The notes under the pieces are model-generated. The model was given only the letters and a program-made list of their open reading frames with translations. It searched no databases and had not been told where the DNA came from. Shown here piece by piece: positions 59,695-64,000 of a stretch of 64,000 nucleotides of DNA; position 1 is the first letter of the stretch, and each line of letters opens with the position of its first letter. The translations under genes were made by a program, and so were the position numbers. The DNA is taken from positions 1,002,801 to 1,066,800 of the forward strand of contig MU004184.1 in assembly GCA_010093605.1 (NCBI GenBank), written 5' to 3'. Origin of the DNA: Lophium mytilinum (Eukaryota).

Positions 59695-61775
59695 ATGGAG
59701 TCCACTTCTACCTCTTCTTTCGCGCGCTGGCGACGGCGTTTGCTTGTCGCAGCTTCTTCGATCATTATCTTCATTCTCGTAGTCCTAATGTTGCCGCAAG
59801 TCCACAACGCCCCGCCTCCGGCTTTCAATATCGGGCATCCATCCCTCCCGCTCACTGGATCATTGAAAGATGTGAATCATGTGGTCTTGTTTATGCAAGA
59901 GAATCGTGCTTTCGATCATGTAAGTGAGATTTTCTTGCTTCCATGAAGTGATATGTCACGTGATCTTGATAGAGCTAACATCATATCAGTACTTTGGCTC
60001 AATGGCTGGCATACGGGGTTACTCTGATCCCAATGTTCAAGTCAATGCCGATCGTCCCGTGTGGTACCAAGGTGTTGATACCTCGCTCTCGGATGACACA
60101 GATCACCTGCTTCCATGGTATTTGAACCATCTCGGCGGCAGCTGGCCTGAAGCTTCTCAGTGTATGGTTGCTGGAGAAAATGGATGGCATGGTAAAATAC
60201 GTTATATCCAGGGACCCGCCCATTGCTTATTCCTTCCTAGAAAACCAAGGTGCCCTGAATGGAGGCCTCAACAATCTCTGGGCTCTCAACAACACTCCAT
60301 GGAGTTGGGGCCATTTCAAGCGGGACGAGCTTCCAGTCCATTTTGGCATTGCAGAGGGATGGACGGTCGCCGATATGTACCAGGAATCCGTAATAGCAAT
60401 GACGAATCCCAACCGCGTCTCCTGGGTAAGCGGCTCCATCAACGCCCCAGGCTCTCCTCAAACTCTGGACCAAGGCGGCGTCACTATCGACAATAACGAA
60501 ACACCCGGCTGCGAAGGCGACCACCTAAATTGTTACCCCCTAAAATGGAAAACAGTCCCAGAATACTACCAAGACGCCGGCGTCTCCTGGCAAGTCTACC
60601 AAGACCGCAATAACTTCGACGACAACCCCTTCGCCTGGTTCTGGCAGTACCAAACTGCACTCCCTTGGCAGCCCCTTTCCACTCGCGGCGTCTCTTTCCT
60701 CCATTCCCTTGATGCTTTCTACGCTGATGCTCTGGCTGGCACACTACCCCAAGTCTCGTATATTATCGGTCCCGAACAACTAAGTGAGCACCCGCCCTAC
60801 CAACCCAAAGACGGCGCCTGGCTCCAGAAAAAAGTCGTCGATGCCGTCACCAAAGGCGCCAGCTACAACGACACCGTCCTCATAATTTCCTACGACGAGA
60901 CCGGCGGCTGGGGTGATCACGTGACGCCCTACCACTCCCCGGAAAACACACAGGGCGAATGGATGAAAGACCCCTACGGCAACCTCGGCGACGTCTACAC
61001 CGGCCCCGGCTTTCGCGTACCGTTCTACATCGTCTCCCCCTGGACTCGCGGCGGTCACGTCTTCACCGAGCACGCAGATCACATCTCGCAGATCAAATTC
61101 GTGGAGAAGTGGCTAGAGACGAAGGGATTCAACGTAACCTCCGACCAGGTCCCACCGTGGCGCAGAGAGCACATGTCAGACCTACTTAACGCCTTCGACT
61201 TCTCGCACCCTGATTTCTCGCTGCCTGAGATACCGGAGGCAGACACCCCGAGTAAGGACTTCTGGGGTCGGTACGACGGCTACGCGAAATGTGAAGCTAA
61301 GTTCCCCGAAAACCGGCCGCCGGTGCCGTATGGCCGGCAATCAGAAAAGGGCTCGCTGGTCTCCGAGGAAGGGTTCAAGAAAGTCCGCGGCCAGCTTACC
61401 GAGGGGCGGTATCTCGTCTTCGAAGCCTTTGGGTGGGCGGTAACGAACAAAGACGGCCGAGTGGGTGTGTCGCGGGCGTCGGCTAGGCATGAGAAGAAGG
61501 CGCAGCGGTGGGTTGTGCATCAGGACGCGCCCGCGTCGGATGTTTTCACGGTGAGTAGTGCTGCGGATGGGCTGTTTATTGGGGAAGGGTTAGAGTTGGT
61601 GGAGGGAGAGAGGGAGGCGCAGAAGCTGAGGTTCACGAATCTGGGGAACGGGCTTGGGTATGCTATCTGGACTAGCGATGGAAATCCGATCAGCCTTACT
61701 AAGGACGGGAGGATAGGGTTTGATGGGAAGGGTGGGTTCGGGTTTGCTGTGTTCAGTGTTACGTATCGGGAATGA
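59695..61775 (+). CDS. Phosphoesterase-family (bacterial-type non-specific) phospholipase C with N-terminal TM anchor and ricin-B-like C-terminus
   Basis: FMQENRAFDH/YFG, TNPNR, SEHPP, YDETGGWGDHV, GPGFRVP motifs; introns near 59920..59989 and 60192..60240. Confidence 0.92.
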
Positions 61776-62264
61776 TTGGGTTGATGTAGGTAAGGGTTTG
61801 TTCGCCTTTTTCTATACCCTCTCGTGGCTTGGGTACTTCTGGCGATCTGGCGCAGTCGGAGGGAATGGAGATCGGCACCGTAGTGTTGTGGATGTTTTCC
61901 GTGCGAAGTTCTCTTCGTTCCTTCGTCACATTTTGAGAATTGCGGTGGTGGGGGGTGGGTATAGTCTATTCAAGCAATCCATTGCCATCGCTGCGGACTA
62001 GCCGTGATGTGTGTTGGCGTAATTCTCCGCTTGACGCTCCATGGAAGCTAGGGTAATCTAACATACAAGGAAAGGAAGAAGGATATGGTACAGGTATTCG
62101 TAAGAAATCGGGGAAAGGGTAAGGAGGGATGAAAAGAACAAAGACAGGGAAGAGTTAGGGTATCATGGAACGCCGGACAGAAGAATAAGGAGATATATGG
62201 GGACATCCGTGGGTTTAAAGAAATAAGGGGACGAAGAAACAGGGTAAGGATGAACGCATGAGAC

Positions 62265-62741
62265 CTAGGTCTCGGGCATGTTGAAATATGTTTTCACAAC
62301 CCCCGCAGCCTTCGCCCGACGAACAGTCTCCGTTTGAGCCCACTGATATTCCTTGAGTTCTCTAGTGAGTTTTTTACACCCCCGCTCTTCAAGAGGAACG
62401 CCAGGGTTCAATTTGTCAGTACATCCACACAACTTTCCCTTATCTTTTCCAGCGCATCCATGTTTCTGTATACCGCGCGAGGTCTCCTCCATATCAAGAT
62501 TCAATGTTTCGAAGTCCTCGAGGTCGTCGCCGCATTCGTGTTCTTCGTTACTGCCGCGAGCCCAAGCTGTCCATTTCTTGCAGCGCCACACATGGTTTAC
62601 CTGGACGCAATTACATTTGAAATGTATTTCATAGATCATGCATCTGTCGTCATATCGCTCCACCATGTAATGAGGGACGCATAAGTTGTCTACCTCTAAC
62701 ACCTTGAAAGGTATGGGTGCAGGTGCGGTTGGTGGAGACAT
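62265..62741 (-). CDS. Small non-secreted Cys-rich protein C, paralogue of protein A
   Basis: DRCx8CNCx7RCx5WxxG...HECGDD aligns with DKCx8CGCx7RCx5WxxG...STCGDD in 46083..46490; the TATA block at ~62980 puts the start at 62741. Confidence 0.7.
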   Translation of the reverse strand: MSPPTAPAPIPFKVLEVDNLCVPHYMVERYDDRCMIYEIHFKCNCVQVNHVWRCKKWTAWARGSNEEHECGDDLEDFETLNLDMEETSRGIQKHGCAGKDKGKLCGCTDKLNPGVPLEERGCKKLTRELKEYQWAQTETVRRAKAAGVVKTYFNMPET

Positions 62742-63975
62742 TGGATCTGCATTTTCAGTGAGATAAAGCTGTGATTCTCGTGAATAGTTTTGTTTCTTAC
62801 AGGCGTTGGAGATGCTAGTTCTATGGTGTCGGTTGCAACTGTTGCCTTCGTAGAAGTAGGGAGCTGCGGGTGCGGTTGAGTTTGAGTTCGTCGGTAAAAA
62901 TTTGGGTTCTCGTTGCCGTATTGTCGAGGATGGTAGACTGATAAGGAGGTTATTTCTACTATCGGAGCCTATCCTTATATACCCCATGGCCCTGTAGTAT
63001 GCTTTGGCCTCCATATGAGCTACATCATTGCTCGTGATCATCAGTTTCATCTTTGTTCCCTGTGATCAGTCCTCCAAAACGTGAACTGGTCGATGGGAGG
63101 CTGAGGCGAGGGTATCAACCAGCTTTTCAGCGTCAAAGAGTATTGTAAGATGCCAGCTCTCAGATTGGTAGATTAGAGTGTTGTCTAGTTCTATCCCGGT
63201 TTCATGACGGGTCACAGTACCCACTCAGAGGAAATGCGAAATGGTTGCTGGGAGGTCAAAGCGCGAATGATGACCGACCTTTAGAGTCCCGAAACACAAC
63301 TAAAGTATGTGACTCTTTGCAACAGTTTGACGTCTTCCCCCGTGATCTTGACAGAGACAATTTCGTTCGCTACGCTAAGTGCTGAATGGCGGAAGTGTTC
63401 AGTTGGAGGTCGGGGCGCGGATTTTGAGCGATTAAAAATAACCGAAACGCGTTGCGGGATTGCAATTTGCTTGCTATCCATGAATCGCACCCTTCTGATA
63501 GCCTCACTGAGGGACAGAGTGGTCGTATCGAGGCAGTGGTGGTTCAATGCTTCGTGGTTGGGCTGCGGGGCTGGAGTATGACACCCCCGATGACTCGAAA
63601 TATGGTAGAATCATCGGATATTGGGGCATTGGTCGGGTTTTAAATTGCCCACCGGTCAATCTTAGAGTTCTGATCATCATAAGGACCGCTTGTTAGGGGT
63701 TTTCAAATTGAAACCGTCATAGTCGTAGGCACAGCCAACGGAGACGTGAAGGTACGATATCAGAGCTTGTAGAATAGGGTATTTATCTATGGGCCAAGGA
63801 ACAAAACCCATTGGTCTGATACAAAGTAAGGAAATATAAGGAAATCTAAGATGAAAACCCATTTGGGCCAGCCAGTACCATCCAACCCGCCGCACTCCCT
63901 CTCGGTATAAGAAGTTTAAAAGACAGTGCAAGATAAGCACAGTAACCAAAGCCGAACCATAGAAGCCAGATATCC

Positions 63976-64000
63976 AAAAAAAAAAAAAAAAAAAAAAAAA
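63976..64000 (+). repeat. Poly(A) run at the window end
   Basis: 25 consecutive A residues running off the window. Confidence 0.9.

Noticed and set aside
62742..63050. N-terminal extension of the 261-aa ORF
   Set aside because: It overlaps the TATA-containing promoter block shared with the paralogues; homology begins after Met at 62741
63976..64000. Poly(A) run as a retroelement or retrocopy tail
   Set aside because: Truncated by the window edge, with no upstream RT or retrocopy ORF; may be a simple homopolymer or contig end

Overview
Fungal (filamentous ascomycete-type) nuclear DNA with short GT-AG introns and CTAAC/CTGAC branch points. It holds about 22 protein-coding genes and one heavily RIP-mutated 5.25-kb element bounded by ~200-bp terminal inverted repeats. 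The left third has an SDR fragment, a hybrid histidine kinase and a group of genes that look immunity-related: a HeLo-like/pseudokinase/ZZ protein with an MLKL-like layout, a 3-blade lectin-like protein, an E2-F-box fusion, and a HeLo-like-NACHT-ankyrin NLR with a ZZ finger inserted inside the NACHT. Next is a YSA1/NUDT5-type Nudix gene. Its unusually long 286-nt intron is mostly filled by a ~195-nt multi-stem fold on the sense strand, which I rate the best candidate for an undescribed regulatory RNA. The middle has a diverged ~220-bp tandem repeat array, a decaying 2EXR gene, a GMC oxidoreductase and the RIPed TIR element. The right half has Pth11-like, Tri12-like MFS and P450 genes, three small Cys-rich genes sharing promoter and 3' motifs, a hydroxyacid oxidase/NmrA/amidase/PuuE-like/permease cluster, and a divergent multicopper oxidase/phospholipase C pair. 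All calls were made by eye from motifs; no searches or folding programs were run.
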